NCBI GenBank assembly: GCA_030668825.1
Contig: DAOVET010000015.1
Span: forward strand, 135-24,134
Direction of reading: 5' to 3'
Origin: Candidatus Heimdallarchaeota archaeon
Lineage (GTDB): Archaea > Asgardarchaeota > Heimdallarchaeia > Heimdallarchaeales > Heimdallarchaeaceae
Length of the DNA stretch: 24,000 bases
The notes beneath the pieces are model-generated. The model saw nothing but the letters and a program-made list of their open reading frames with translations. It was not told where the DNA came from and did no database searches. A program made the position numbers and the translations under genes. Each line of letters starts with the position of its first letter. Position 1 is the first letter of the stretch. This document shows, in pieces, positions 1 to 9,316 of this stretch.

Positions 1-134
1 TATTAGCCTAAATGACATGAACACTATCGTAGCTTTTATAAACAAAATTCAAAGTTCTACGTCGTTACAACTGCTAACTACATCTAGAAAAAATGATTGT
101 TCTTCTGAAAGCCTTTGTTATATCAGTTTTTGGA

Positions 135-1127
135 CTACAGACTGCCATAGTACAGCAGATTTTCCCTAATCTCCTTTTCGCTAAAACCTGCACTAATTCC
201 GACAATAATTCTGATTATATCCATTGTCTCAGCGAGCTTCAATTCAAAGAAACCAATTAATGCATCCATTTGCAGAACTGTTCCATAACGGAATGTCTTT
301 TTCCAGTAATTTAATAAGTATCTCTCAACTGCAAATTCCAAATCATGTAATGGAACTTCTTTAACACCAATATATTTAGAAAAGACTGTTCGATAAGGAG
401 CATAGTTATATGTTTCTAGAACTTCTTGAATACTTGTTGCCTTCAATCCCTTTACAGTGAATTTATTGCGTTGGATGAATCTATATGCAGGTACGTTTAG
501 AGCTATACAGCGGCATAAAGCTAAGATGTTTTTCATATTAACATATGTTTCATAATGCTTTGATACTTTAGGTAGCATACTATAGATATGTTGATCTATT
601 GCAGATTCTAGGGGAGTAAATCTTCCAGTTGCTTTAAATTCTTCATTTGCTAATTTGAGGTCTTCTCGCAGAGTCTGATTATCTTGGTTAACAATTATTT
701 CTTCAATTGACTTATTAAGTAATTTCGAATAATAATCGATTGAATAATCAGCAACTGGAACCAAACGGGATAAAATCTCTTCCTGCTTCATTTCTCTATT
801 TATGCCTTGAAATATTATACGAAGATTTTCAACGTGATATCTCTCACTGTAATTTCTAATTTTCTTCTTAACTGAGGATCCTGACTGTTTGTAGAATTTA
901 GTCAATAATTCAGAATAAGAATTTTTAAGATTTCTAGCTACATCAGAAATCTGTGTTTCAAAATTAAGGTCTCCAATAATGCTGTTATAGGCTGTTTGAG
1001 TAAAGGCAGCTCTTAATTCTTTAAGATTCTTAGAAGATAAAAGCAAGCTTATTTGTGATTTGGTTAAGAAGTTACTAACAGCCCCATGCGCTCTACCTAG
1101 TAAATAACTGATATCTCCAAGTGACAT
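135..1127 (-). CDS. atpC: V-type ATP synthase subunit C/d
   Basis: ORF track 135..1166. Helical protein with the N-terminal 'MSLGDISYLLGRAHGAVSNFL' typical of archaeal subunit C. The ATG at 1127 (MSLGDISY) is preferred because it lies just after the atpI stop at 1129 and removes the overlap. Adjacent to subunit I. Confidence 0.8.
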   Translation of the reverse strand: MSLGDISYLLGRAHGAVSNFLTKSQISLLLSSKNLKELRAAFTQTAYNSIIGDLNFETQISDVARNLKNSYSELLTKFYKQSGSSVKKKIRNYSERYHVENLRIIFQGINREMKQEEILSRLVPVADYSIDYYSKLLNKSIEEIIVNQDNQTLREDLKLANEEFKATGRFTPLESAIDQHIYSMLPKVSKHYETYVNMKNILALCRCIALNVPAYRFIQRNKFTVKGLKATSIQEVLETYNYAPYRTVFSKYIGVKEVPLHDLEFAVERYLLNYWKKTFRYGTVLQMDALIGFFELKLAETMDIIRIIVGISAGFSEKEIRENLLYYGSL

Positions 1128-1128
1128 T

Positions 1129-4100
1129 TTAACTACCTTTTTGCCTGACAAAATTGATTGAAACAAGTTTTTCTTTTAAGGGAAGGAATTCTTTACCATC
1201 CCCAGAATAGAACTTAGAGAACCATTCAACCCAGTGAAGCCTTAGTGTGTTAAGGAATGATAATAATCCTTCTATTGGTAATATTATGAATACTGCCAAT
1301 AGAATTCCTACGACCCACCATATCCAAGAGATACTAAGAGCTGAAACATAATGCCCATGTATTAATCCTCCTGCAAAGTGTGACAAATCAATATGCGCTA
1401 CGTCTAGGAATACCCCTGAAAATGTTGATACGCCTGCTACTAAATCCACCCCAGTTAAAGTAAATGGTAATCCACTTAAGATTGCATGAACAAGCAAGAG
1501 TGCCATAATTCGGCTGAATGAAAGTGTGTTTGATATTAGTGCAATAATGTGGTCAATTGCATCCATAATTCCATCAGACTTAGCATGAAGATACTCTAAA
1601 ACAAACAATACTGGGACTAGTCCGACCAGATATACAAACGCAGATGGTAACTGTTTAAGTGTAAAATGAAATGCCTGCCAATATATTCCGTTCACTCCTA
1701 CAATGATATTGTAAAGCATGGTAAAAATACCTACATAAATTATAGATAATGAAAGAGGAGCGCCCCAAGATGCAAATCCGTGACCATATCTCACGTTTTG
1801 ATAAACTTTCAATAATATTCCTAATTGAATCATGAGAAATCCTAACATTAGAGCAACAATTAAGATTAATTTTGTTTCATGTAGTGGATTGATTATAGGA
1901 ATCCAGTTAATTCCTGCTTTGTGCATCAATTCAGGTATGAAATGTTCATCTCCTAGTAATGATCCAAAGAAGAACCCAAATATCGTTGCAGATAAACCGC
2001 AGAAAAGAAGTAGTTCCGCACCAGAATAAAGATATCCTGTAATCGATTCATCTGGCTCAATTTTATTCTTCTTTTTCTTATATAGCAAGAATCCAGCTAA
2101 TAATGACAATAAAATTCCATGTCCAATATCTGCAAACATGATACCAAATAAAAATGGAAATGTAAACCTAACAATTGAATAAGGATCAACTTGTTTAGTG
2201 TTTGGTTGACCAATACCGCCTACAATTCCTCTTACTGCCCCAAATACTTTTCCTTGTTTTGTTATGGCGGGATTGACTAATGGAACATCTGGATTTTCAG
2301 TAATTTCCATCTCGAATGGTAAATCTTTCTTACTCTCATTCAGTTGATCTAAAACTGTTTTAGATGTCCAGCTCCATAGAACAATCTTTCCTTCGGATAT
2401 TTGGCATAATTCAATGGTGTTTAATCGATTACTTTCAACATTAATTAGCTCTTCACAAGCAATCAATTTGTATTTAACTTGATCTTTAATTTCTTGAAGT
2501 TCTTCTTCACTTTCCTTCAATTCTTTCTCAATTTCTTTCAAAGTGTCTTTCAATGAAACCTTTCTTTCAACCAGAGACAAATCGTAGTCTATTGCTTGGA
2601 AAGAATATTCATTTAAAACACGCAGAATGGAGTTTTCATACTCTTTTAAAGATAAAATTAAGATATTCTTCTCATTTGAGCTTGAACTTGTAGGTTCAGA
2701 ATCCCAGAATATAAGATTATTGTCTGTGACTTCTTTCAAAAAGAATTTCACAGATTTTAGGTTGGATTTAGGAATAACTCCCAAGTAAGTTACAGTTTGG
2801 AAACCATCTTGAAGCAAAACTGCATCAATGCCTTTTTCTTTGAGACCTTCTTCAAAAGGAAGAGATAATTTTACTTGATCCCGTTTCTTCAGGATTGCTT
2901 CGTGAGAATCAAAAGCCTTAATGATTTTCTCCTCATTTTCACGCAAGAAATTTTCTAAGAATGCCTTTGAGTGCCCATAATCATCAACAATATGATATTT
3001 CTCTGTATTCTGTTCCTTTGTATCCTTCATTTTGAGCATATTTAACAATCGATTAACTCTAGATTGATATTGACTCAGTTCTTGTCTCAAACTATTGACC
3101 TTCTCTAGCGTATTTTCATCTAATGATCCAATTTTTACTGGATGGATTGCGTTAAGAGAGTAAATATGAGAAATGAATTGACGAGATGAATCTTCTGGAC
3201 TCTCTAATCTCACAAATAATGCTTTTTTTGCAAAAAGGAATCCTTCTCCACCCCCTCCAGAATGAGGGGGGTGAGGAATATAGCTGTCTATTTTGCTTTC
3301 TTCCTTATCAAATAGCTTTTTAATTAGTAATTCTTGCTCGATATCTCTTTCTTTTTTACGAGATAGCGGAACATCTTCCAGTATTACTATGGTACTATCT
3401 ATTTGTAAAGAATCAATATTTTCAACAAGAACGGAGTAATTTTTAGATGCAACCCATCCCCATAAGGTAAAGTTTTTTGATGTAGTACGACCTCTTTCTT
3501 CCAATGTTAGAGTTTTGTGGGTTGCTTTGATGAGCGTTAGATGATACCTAGTTTTTTCTGCTAGTCCAGTTGATAACTGTCTAATGTCACCTTCTATTTT
3601 TTCAATATCTTGACTTACTTCAGAATGAAGTTTTTCTATTCTTGTTGTCTCTCTTATTTTTTCTATGGATTTTAGAAGTTCAAGATCAAATTCTGTTTCA
3701 TTGAAATAATTTTCTCTGAGAATCTCTCCTATTTGTTCTTTATAGTCAATCAAAGAAATACATATCATTACATTTTTCTCACTATTGTCTGTAGGAGAAC
3801 TCCAGAAAAACATCTGACCAGCTGTAACTTCACTTATGTAAAAACGAATAATTTCTTTATATTCACTAGGAATCTCCCCTAAAACAGTGAAAGTTCTTGA
3901 GCTTGAAGATAATAGGTCGATTGAAAATTCATCATCCAAATTGCTTTGGAATTGTTTCAAAGATGAGAGAATTCTGTTCTCTTTCTTCAGTTTTTGTAAT
4001 TCACTGGATTTTTCTATTATCTGATTTTCGTATTTTTCTAGAAAAACATCTAAACCCTTAATAATTTCATCATGATTTTTAATAAAGACTAAATCATCTT

Positions 4101-4332
4101 CTTTTAATGATGGAAGATCTTCCAATTGAATATTTAGAGCTTTGCTCAATCCCACTATTCTTTCCCATCTGTCCTCCATAATGTCTTTAGTTGATTGTAT
4201 TCTTGCTTGCTCTTTAGGACTTTGAGGGTCAACGATTATTTGTTCAAAGATATTAAGAGAAGATATCTTTGTCAATAGTGTATTTGTATTTTTGACTGGT
4301 ATCTGAACTTTTACTAGTTTAAACTTTGCCAT
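1129..4332 (-). CDS. atpI: V-type ATP synthase subunit I (a-subunit), 1067 aa, with an apparently duplicated N-terminal cytosolic region
   Basis: C-terminal membrane half has family motifs 'VDPYSIVRFTFPFLFGIMFADIGHGILLSLLAGFLL' and 'ISNTLSFSRIMALLLVHAIL'. N-terminal half contains two related cytosolic segments. Confidence 0.93.
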   Translation of the reverse strand: MAKFKLVKVQIPVKNTNTLLTKISSLNIFEQIIVDPQSPKEQARIQSTKDIMEDRWERIVGLSKALNIQLEDLPSLKEDDLVFIKNHDEIIKGLDVFLEKYENQIIEKSSELQKLKKENRILSSLKQFQSNLDDEFSIDLLSSSSRTFTVLGEIPSEYKEIIRFYISEVTAGQMFFWSSPTDNSEKNVMICISLIDYKEQIGEILRENYFNETEFDLELLKSIEKIRETTRIEKLHSEVSQDIEKIEGDIRQLSTGLAEKTRYHLTLIKATHKTLTLEERGRTTSKNFTLWGWVASKNYSVLVENIDSLQIDSTIVILEDVPLSRKKERDIEQELLIKKLFDKEESKIDSYIPHPPHSGGGGEGFLFAKKALFVRLESPEDSSRQFISHIYSLNAIHPVKIGSLDENTLEKVNSLRQELSQYQSRVNRLLNMLKMKDTKEQNTEKYHIVDDYGHSKAFLENFLRENEEKIIKAFDSHEAILKKRDQVKLSLPFEEGLKEKGIDAVLLQDGFQTVTYLGVIPKSNLKSVKFFLKEVTDNNLIFWDSEPTSSSSNEKNILILSLKEYENSILRVLNEYSFQAIDYDLSLVERKVSLKDTLKEIEKELKESEEELQEIKDQVKYKLIACEELINVESNRLNTIELCQISEGKIVLWSWTSKTVLDQLNESKKDLPFEMEITENPDVPLVNPAITKQGKVFGAVRGIVGGIGQPNTKQVDPYSIVRFTFPFLFGIMFADIGHGILLSLLAGFLLYKKKKNKIEPDESITGYLYSGAELLLFCGLSATIFGFFFGSLLGDEHFIPELMHKAGINWIPIINPLHETKLILIVALMLGFLMIQLGILLKVYQNVRYGHGFASWGAPLSLSIIYVGIFTMLYNIIVGVNGIYWQAFHFTLKQLPSAFVYLVGLVPVLFVLEYLHAKSDGIMDAIDHIIALISNTLSFSRIMALLLVHAILSGLPFTLTGVDLVAGVSTFSGVFLDVAHIDLSHFAGGLIHGHYVSALSISWIWWVVGILLAVFIILPIEGLLSFLNTLRLHWVEWFSKFYSGDGKEFLPLKEKLVSINFVRQKGS

Positions 4333-4552
4333 TCATAAGCCACCGATACTCTAACTAATCACGATAGGAGATTTTGGGGAGATTTTAAAATCTTCCTCTC
4401 TGGCAGAATGGTCTATTAAAAAAATAGAATCAAACTTATTATCTGATAAGAGAGAACGAATAAACCAAGTTACTTTTCCATAGCCTGAAATAGCAAACTT
4501 CTTTCTAGTTATTATAAGCCTAGTAAAATAAAAAAAAGGAAAAAGAAATGGT

Positions 4553-4954
4553 TTATTTCTTTCTAAATCTTCGCAATACTTCCAATGCTGCTAATCCTAG
4601 GAAGGACAGAAACACTAATGCTGTAATACCTGTTTCAGATGGGAAATTAGTCACTAATACTGTATATCCCACATCCTCGCCATAACCAATTGCTACATCT
4701 AAATCATAGATGTATGGTTCAAGTGAATCATCGTAGCCAACTACTGAATCAGGGATTGTGACTGTAGCTGAAACACCAAGTCCACCAAGAATTTGATCAA
4801 CAATGATTTCACGTGGACACGCGTGACTTATAGCTTTGCGTAGATATTTTGCTGCTAAAGGAGTACCAAGAGGAGTTAGTTCACCAGTTTTCCAATCATT
4901 AGATTGTTTTTTATTAATTTGCGAGGAATAATGTTTATTGTAATTATTGACATG
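4553..4954 (-). pseudogene. Start-less open frame: C-terminal fragment of a membrane-anchored/exported protein
   Basis: Manual translation gives '...LTPLGTPLAAKYLRKAISHACPREIIVDQILGGLGVSATVTIPDSVVGYDDSLEPYIYDLDVAIGYGEDVGYTVLVTNFPSETGITALVFLSFLGLAALEVLRRFRKK*'. No ATG/GTG/TTG in frame before the upstream stop at 4955..4957, except very close to the C-terminus. Single C-terminal TM plus basic tail. Confidence 0.45.
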
Positions 4955-5192
4955 CTATGATTTGACAAAGTCGAAGTTCAAACATTAAAGGTGAATCTGT
5001 CGGATCCAGTAATAACCAGTAAACTAATTGTCTACTTCAAAGACTTGTATTCTAGTAAAAGATCAAGAAAAAATTATTGATCAATTTCTAACTTCTGAAA
5101 AAGAAGAGAAAAAGCTGCTAAGAGAAGATATTCTGATGAAATTTAGTAAACAATAGATTAAAATTCCAAAGATTTCCTCCCTAAATGAAAAA

Positions 5193-5579
5193 TTAAGGCC
5201 CCGATAATACTTCTATTGCTTCTGGAACATATCTTTTAATTACTTGCATAGCTAAACCTACATTATGCAAATCTCTACTAGCACCAATCAAAATATATTC
5301 ATCAGCACTTGCTAGTATTGTAAATCCTTCTTCACCACGAATTAAAACTTGTTCCAAATCTCCATGTGCTAGATTTCCACTTACCATTTTTCCAGTTGAT
5401 AATATTGCAGAAGAAACCGCACTCAAGAGATCTGGATCTGTCCCCTTTTCAGAGAAGAAAGCAATTTTTATTCCTTCTGCATTAACAACTGCTAAAGCTT
5501 CTAAATCACACCCTAACGAGATTTGTTTTAATATTCTTACCAATTGTTTTTTTTGTGATACTGATAAATCAATAGACAT
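5193..5579 (-). CDS. Roadblock/LC7 domain protein
   Basis: 128 aa; 'LEALAVVNAEGIKIAFFSEKGTDPDLLSAVSSAILSTGKMVSG...VLIRGEEGFTILASADEYILIGAS' fits the Roadblock/LC7 (MglB-like) fold pattern. Confidence 0.8.
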   Translation of the reverse strand: MSIDLSVSQKKQLVRILKQISLGCDLEALAVVNAEGIKIAFFSEKGTDPDLLSAVSSAILSTGKMVSGNLAHGDLEQVLIRGEEGFTILASADEYILIGASRDLHNVGLAMQVIKRYVPEAIEVLSGP

Positions 5580-5766
5580 TTTTTGACACCTATTTCCTCT
5601 ACTTATTTTTTACTATACTATTGCTATTAAAGTTATCCAAAGTGCGCAGAGAGAAGAGTTCGAATAACAACATAATAATTACATTATGATTTATTGGAAA
5701 GAATTACCTATGAGAAAAATTGGTTTGGGATAAACATTTTTATTATGGAAGAAAATCAACTTTAAC

Positions 5767-6996
5767 ATGAAATTATTGTTTGTTGTAATGGATGGTCTGG
5801 GTGATCGTCCTATTTCAGAGCTTGGAGGACAAACTCCTCTTGAATATGCGAAGACTCCAAATATGGATAAACTGGCATCACTTGGGATGAATGGACTATT
5901 ACATGTAATAGCACCAGGGGTTACTCCAGGAAGTGATACGGCCCATCTAGCACTGTTTGGTGTAGATCCTTATGAATACTATACAGGGAGAGGTCCATTT
6001 GAGGCTGCTGGAATCGGATTAGTTGTGAAGGAGGGTGATATCGCTTTCAGAACAAACTTTGCAACAATAAACCCAGAAGGTGTAATTATTGATAGACGAG
6101 CTGGAAGAATTAGAGAAGGAACTGATCAACTTGCTAAACTCTTTGAAGGTTTGGAAATTGATGGCATCGAAATTCTATTGGAAGCAGGGACAGAACACAG
6201 GGCTGCTTTGGTTTTAAGAGGTGATGGATTGTCCGACCAAGTCTCAGAAAATGATCCTCATGTTGAAAGAAAAGAACCTTTAGAATTCAAACCCCTTGAT
6301 GAGTCACCCGAAGCAGAAAAAACTGCAAGGGTTCTAACTTCTTTTGTTATGAAGGCAAGAACAATACTAAATAATGCAGAACTCAATAAAAAGAGGGTAG
6401 AAGAAGATTTACTTCCTGCAAACTATTTACTAATTCGAGGAGCAGGTAAAGTTCCAAAATTACCCAACTTTGAGGAGGAGTACTGCTTGGAAACTGCTTG
6501 TGTAGCCGGTGGAGGTTTATACAAAGGTATTGGTCGAATGTTAGGTATGCATATAATTGATGATTCTCGAATGTCTGGGGGGACAACTACAGATTTATTA
6601 GCAAAATTTGAGATTGCTCATAACGCTCTAAATGATTATGATTTTGTTTTTACTCATGTTAAAGGAACTGATAATTATTCGCATGATGGGAAGTATAAAG
6701 AAAAATCTGAATTCATTGAAAGAGTTGATAAGGAGTTGTTTAGGTTTTTACCAGAGAACTACGAAGGAGATCTTGTTGTAATGATAACTGGTGATCATAG
6801 TACCCCCTGTAGTTTTAAAGATCATTCTGCAGATCCAGTACCAATTTTAATCTATTCACCAGATTGTAGAAGAGATAAGGTAGAGAAGTTTGGCGAAAGC
6901 TATGCAGTAGATGGAAGCTTGGGTCATATATTAGGAAAGCACATTATGGGTATTGCATTAAATGAGATGAGATTGGTGCGCAAATTTGGGGCTTGA
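5767..6996 (+). CDS. apgM: 2,3-bisphosphoglycerate-independent phosphoglycerate mutase, archaeal type
   Basis: '[39 protein letters not shown]', '[35 protein letters not shown]', '[10 protein letters not shown]', 'VPILIYSPD' are family motifs. Confidence 0.93.
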   Translation: MKLLFVVMDGLGDRPISELGGQTPLEYAKTPNMDKLASLGMNGLLHVIAPGVTPGSDTAHLALFGVDPYEYYTGRGPFEAAGIGLVVKEGDIAFRTNFATINPEGVIIDRRAGRIREGTDQLAKLFEGLEIDGIEILLEAGTEHRAALVLRGDGLSDQVSENDPHVERKEPLEFKPLDESPEAEKTARVLTSFVMKARTILNNAELNKKRVEEDLLPANYLLIRGAGKVPKLPNFEEEYCLETACVAGGGLYKGIGRMLGMHIIDDSRMSGGTTTDLLAKFEIAHNALNDYDFVFTHVKGTDNYSHDGKYKEKSEFIERVDKELFRFLPENYEGDLVVMITGDHSTPCSFKDHSADPVPILIYSPDCRRDKVEKFGESYAVDGSLGHILGKHIMGIALNEMRLVRKFGA

Positions 6997-7969
6997 AACA
7001 GAAACACAAACGACCTTTTATCAAAGGTCTTTACCGTATTTGCAGTTATTTATTGCTATTATTTTTGTTTCATTCTCAGCAATCATTGTCGTATACCTAA
7101 TTAAACTAGGAGTTCCTCCTGCTGTTACAGCTATGTATAGAACTTTTTTTGCAGGGATTGGCGCTTTAATACTCTCTCTTTACAAGAAAAGAATAAAATG
7201 GATTGGTGAAAAAACTACAATTAAAAGATATCATTGGATAGTTCTTTCTGGATTATTACTTGCAGTACACTTTGCTACTTGGTTTATTTCCTTAGAATAC
7301 GTTAACGTAGCTATATCTACAACTTTAGTAGATGCAGTTCCAATTTTCCTTGCCATTTTTGGTTTTATATTTTTCAAGGAAAAAATAAATGCGATAGGAA
7401 TCGTAGGTATAGGTATTGCTTTTACAGGTGGTGCGCTCCTTGCATTTTCTTCTCCAGTAGCTGAAAATAGAAATTTGCTTTTAGGAATTATGTTCTCTCT
7501 TATTGGAGCTTTAACTGTAACATTTTATTTTCTAATAGGTAAGAAAATTCTCCAGGATTCACCTTTGTGGCCATATTTTGCTCTAGTAAACCTTGCATCT
7601 GCAATCTTTCTCTTATTTTATAATTTACTTGAAGGATATGAATTGTTTAGATATTCTGCAATTGTTTATCTTCTCTTTATTGTGTCTGCACTGGGGCCCT
7701 CTTTAATTGGTCACGCTACTTACAATTATACTTTAAAAAGACTACCTGCTTTTGTTGTAGGAGTAGCAATTTTGGGAGAACCAATTGGTGCCACTATACT
7801 TGGTGTTTTAATCTTCCCCCTAACTCAAACACCAGAATTAATAACTATCCTATTTGCATTAATTATTCTTACAGGAATCGTATTAACGTCAGTTTCTCAA
7901 TATATAAGTATTAAAAAATTTAGAAGAAAAAAGAAAAAAGAAGATGAATCAGATTCTATTCTCTCTTAG
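6986..7969 (+). CDS. EamA/DMT-family transporter
   Basis: About 10 TM segments, two EamA repeats ('AVTAMYRTFFAGIGALILSL', 'FIFFKEKINAIGIVGIGIAFTGGALLA', 'LGEPIGATILGVLIFPLTQTPELITILFALIILTGIVL'). TTG start overlaps the end of apgM. Confidence 0.85.
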   Translation: MGLETETQTTFYQRSLPYLQLFIAIIFVSFSAIIVVYLIKLGVPPAVTAMYRTFFAGIGALILSLYKKRIKWIGEKTTIKRYHWIVLSGLLLAVHFATWFISLEYVNVAISTTLVDAVPIFLAIFGFIFFKEKINAIGIVGIGIAFTGGALLAFSSPVAENRNLLLGIMFSLIGALTVTFYFLIGKKILQDSPLWPYFALVNLASAIFLLFYNLLEGYELFRYSAIVYLLFIVSALGPSLIGHATYNYTLKRLPAFVVGVAILGEPIGATILGVLIFPLTQTPELITILFALIILTGIVLTSVSQYISIKKFRRKKKKEDESDSILS

Positions 7970-9154
7970 TAGCTCATCTAATCTATTCATTGCAATGTCT
8001 ATTTCTTCAAGAGTTGGTAAGTAGACCATTCTGAAACCATCATTTCCAAAAGGACCAAATCCCGATCCAAATACTGTTAGAATGTGCTTCTTTCTAAGAT
8101 AGTCAAAAACAAATTCCTTATCATTTTTCCATTTGAACTGGTCCATTGATATCATCGAAAAGATATAAAATGCTGCTTCTGGTTTATTTACAACAATTCC
8201 ATCCATTTCTGAAAGTCTATTGTAAATTAAATCTCTTCTTTCTTTTAGGATTTTAATAGTTTCTGGAAGATAAGAGCTCTGATCTTGTCTTAGAGCTTCA
8301 GCTCCTGCTTTTTGTAAAGGTGTTGAAGCACATAATCTAAGTCTAGTTAATTTATTTAACCCATCCCATGGTTCTTCTATTTTTCCCAAGGGATCATGAA
8401 TATATGCATACGCTAAACGCCATCCTGGTGCAAGGAAAACTTTACTGAAGCCATTATAAGCTATCACTGGAACATCTTTTGCCACTTCAGCTGTTGCAGT
8501 ATGTTTCAGACCTTCATCCAGAACAAGTAAATCATATGTTTCATCTGAAACAATACATGCATCGTATTCTCCAACTATGTCTACTATCTCTTTCAGCACT
8601 TTTTCAGGATATACTGAACCTGTGGGATTATTTGGTGTATTAAGAAATACTAATTTTGTTCTGTCGTTCATTAAAGATCGTATGTGATCTGGATCCGGAT
8701 AATAGTTATCTTCAACTGCTGTCTTGTAATATTGCATATCATTTCCAAATATAGTACCGTTACCAGAGTAACTGGGATAATGAATCCCAGGAATTAGTAT
8801 TCTATCTCCAGGATTAGTGAATGACATCAAAGTCATTTGAATACCTTCAGATACCCCAGCTGTTGCTATTACTTTATCAGCAGTAACCCCAACGTCATAT
8901 TTTCTGTTTTCATAGTCAGCAATTGCTTCTCTAAATTCTAGAATTCCCCGAGAATCTGCATAATAGTTATAATTTTCCTCTTCGACATAACGAAGCGGTT
9001 CTGTCAAAATTTTAGGGGTTTTAAAACCATATTTTATTGGATCCCCAATATTAAGCTTAATGATTTTATGCCCTTTAGCTTCAACTTCATCTGCTGCAGC
9101 AATTACATCTCTAATTGCATAACTAAAACCTGCTGTACGGTCTGATATTTTCAT
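7949..9154 (-). CDS. Pyridoxal-phosphate-dependent aminotransferase, class I/II
   Basis: 'KLNIGDPIKYGFKTP', 'LVFLNTPNNPTGSVY', 'IVSDETYDLL', 'AYNGFSKVFLAPGWRLAY', 'FRMVYL'. Confidence 0.92.
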   Translation of the reverse strand: MKISDRTAGFSYAIRDVIAAADEVEAKGHKIIKLNIGDPIKYGFKTPKILTEPLRYVEEENYNYYADSRGILEFREAIADYENRKYDVGVTADKVIATAGVSEGIQMTLMSFTNPGDRILIPGIHYPSYSGNGTIFGNDMQYYKTAVEDNYYPDPDHIRSLMNDRTKLVFLNTPNNPTGSVYPEKVLKEIVDIVGEYDACIVSDETYDLLVLDEGLKHTATAEVAKDVPVIAYNGFSKVFLAPGWRLAYAYIHDPLGKIEEPWDGLNKLTRLRLCASTPLQKAGAEALRQDQSSYLPETIKILKERRDLIYNRLSEMDGIVVNKPEAAFYIFSMISMDQFKWKNDKEFVFDYLRKKHILTVFGSGFGPFGNDGFRMVYLPTLEEIDIAMNRLDELLRENRI

Positions 9155-9316
9155 TTTTGATATCCTCTATGATTCTGATAAATCTTTGAAAAAATAAAAT
9201 TATTGGTTTGAACTTATCGAATAGAAACATTAGAAATGATTCAATCTAGTTAAGCACTATTTCCCAGATATTACATCTATAAATAAAACAGAGTTATCAA
9301 TTTCTACTAAATACTG

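Noticed and set aside
4381-4392. Perfect palindrome GATTTTAAAATC upstream of atpI
   Set aside because: Most simply part of an AT-rich promoter; short AT palindromes are expected by chance here.
7949-7969. 21-bp tail-to-tail overlap of the EamA transporter and aminotransferase genes
   Set aside because: Small convergent overlaps are common in compact archaeal genomes; not evidence of regulation.
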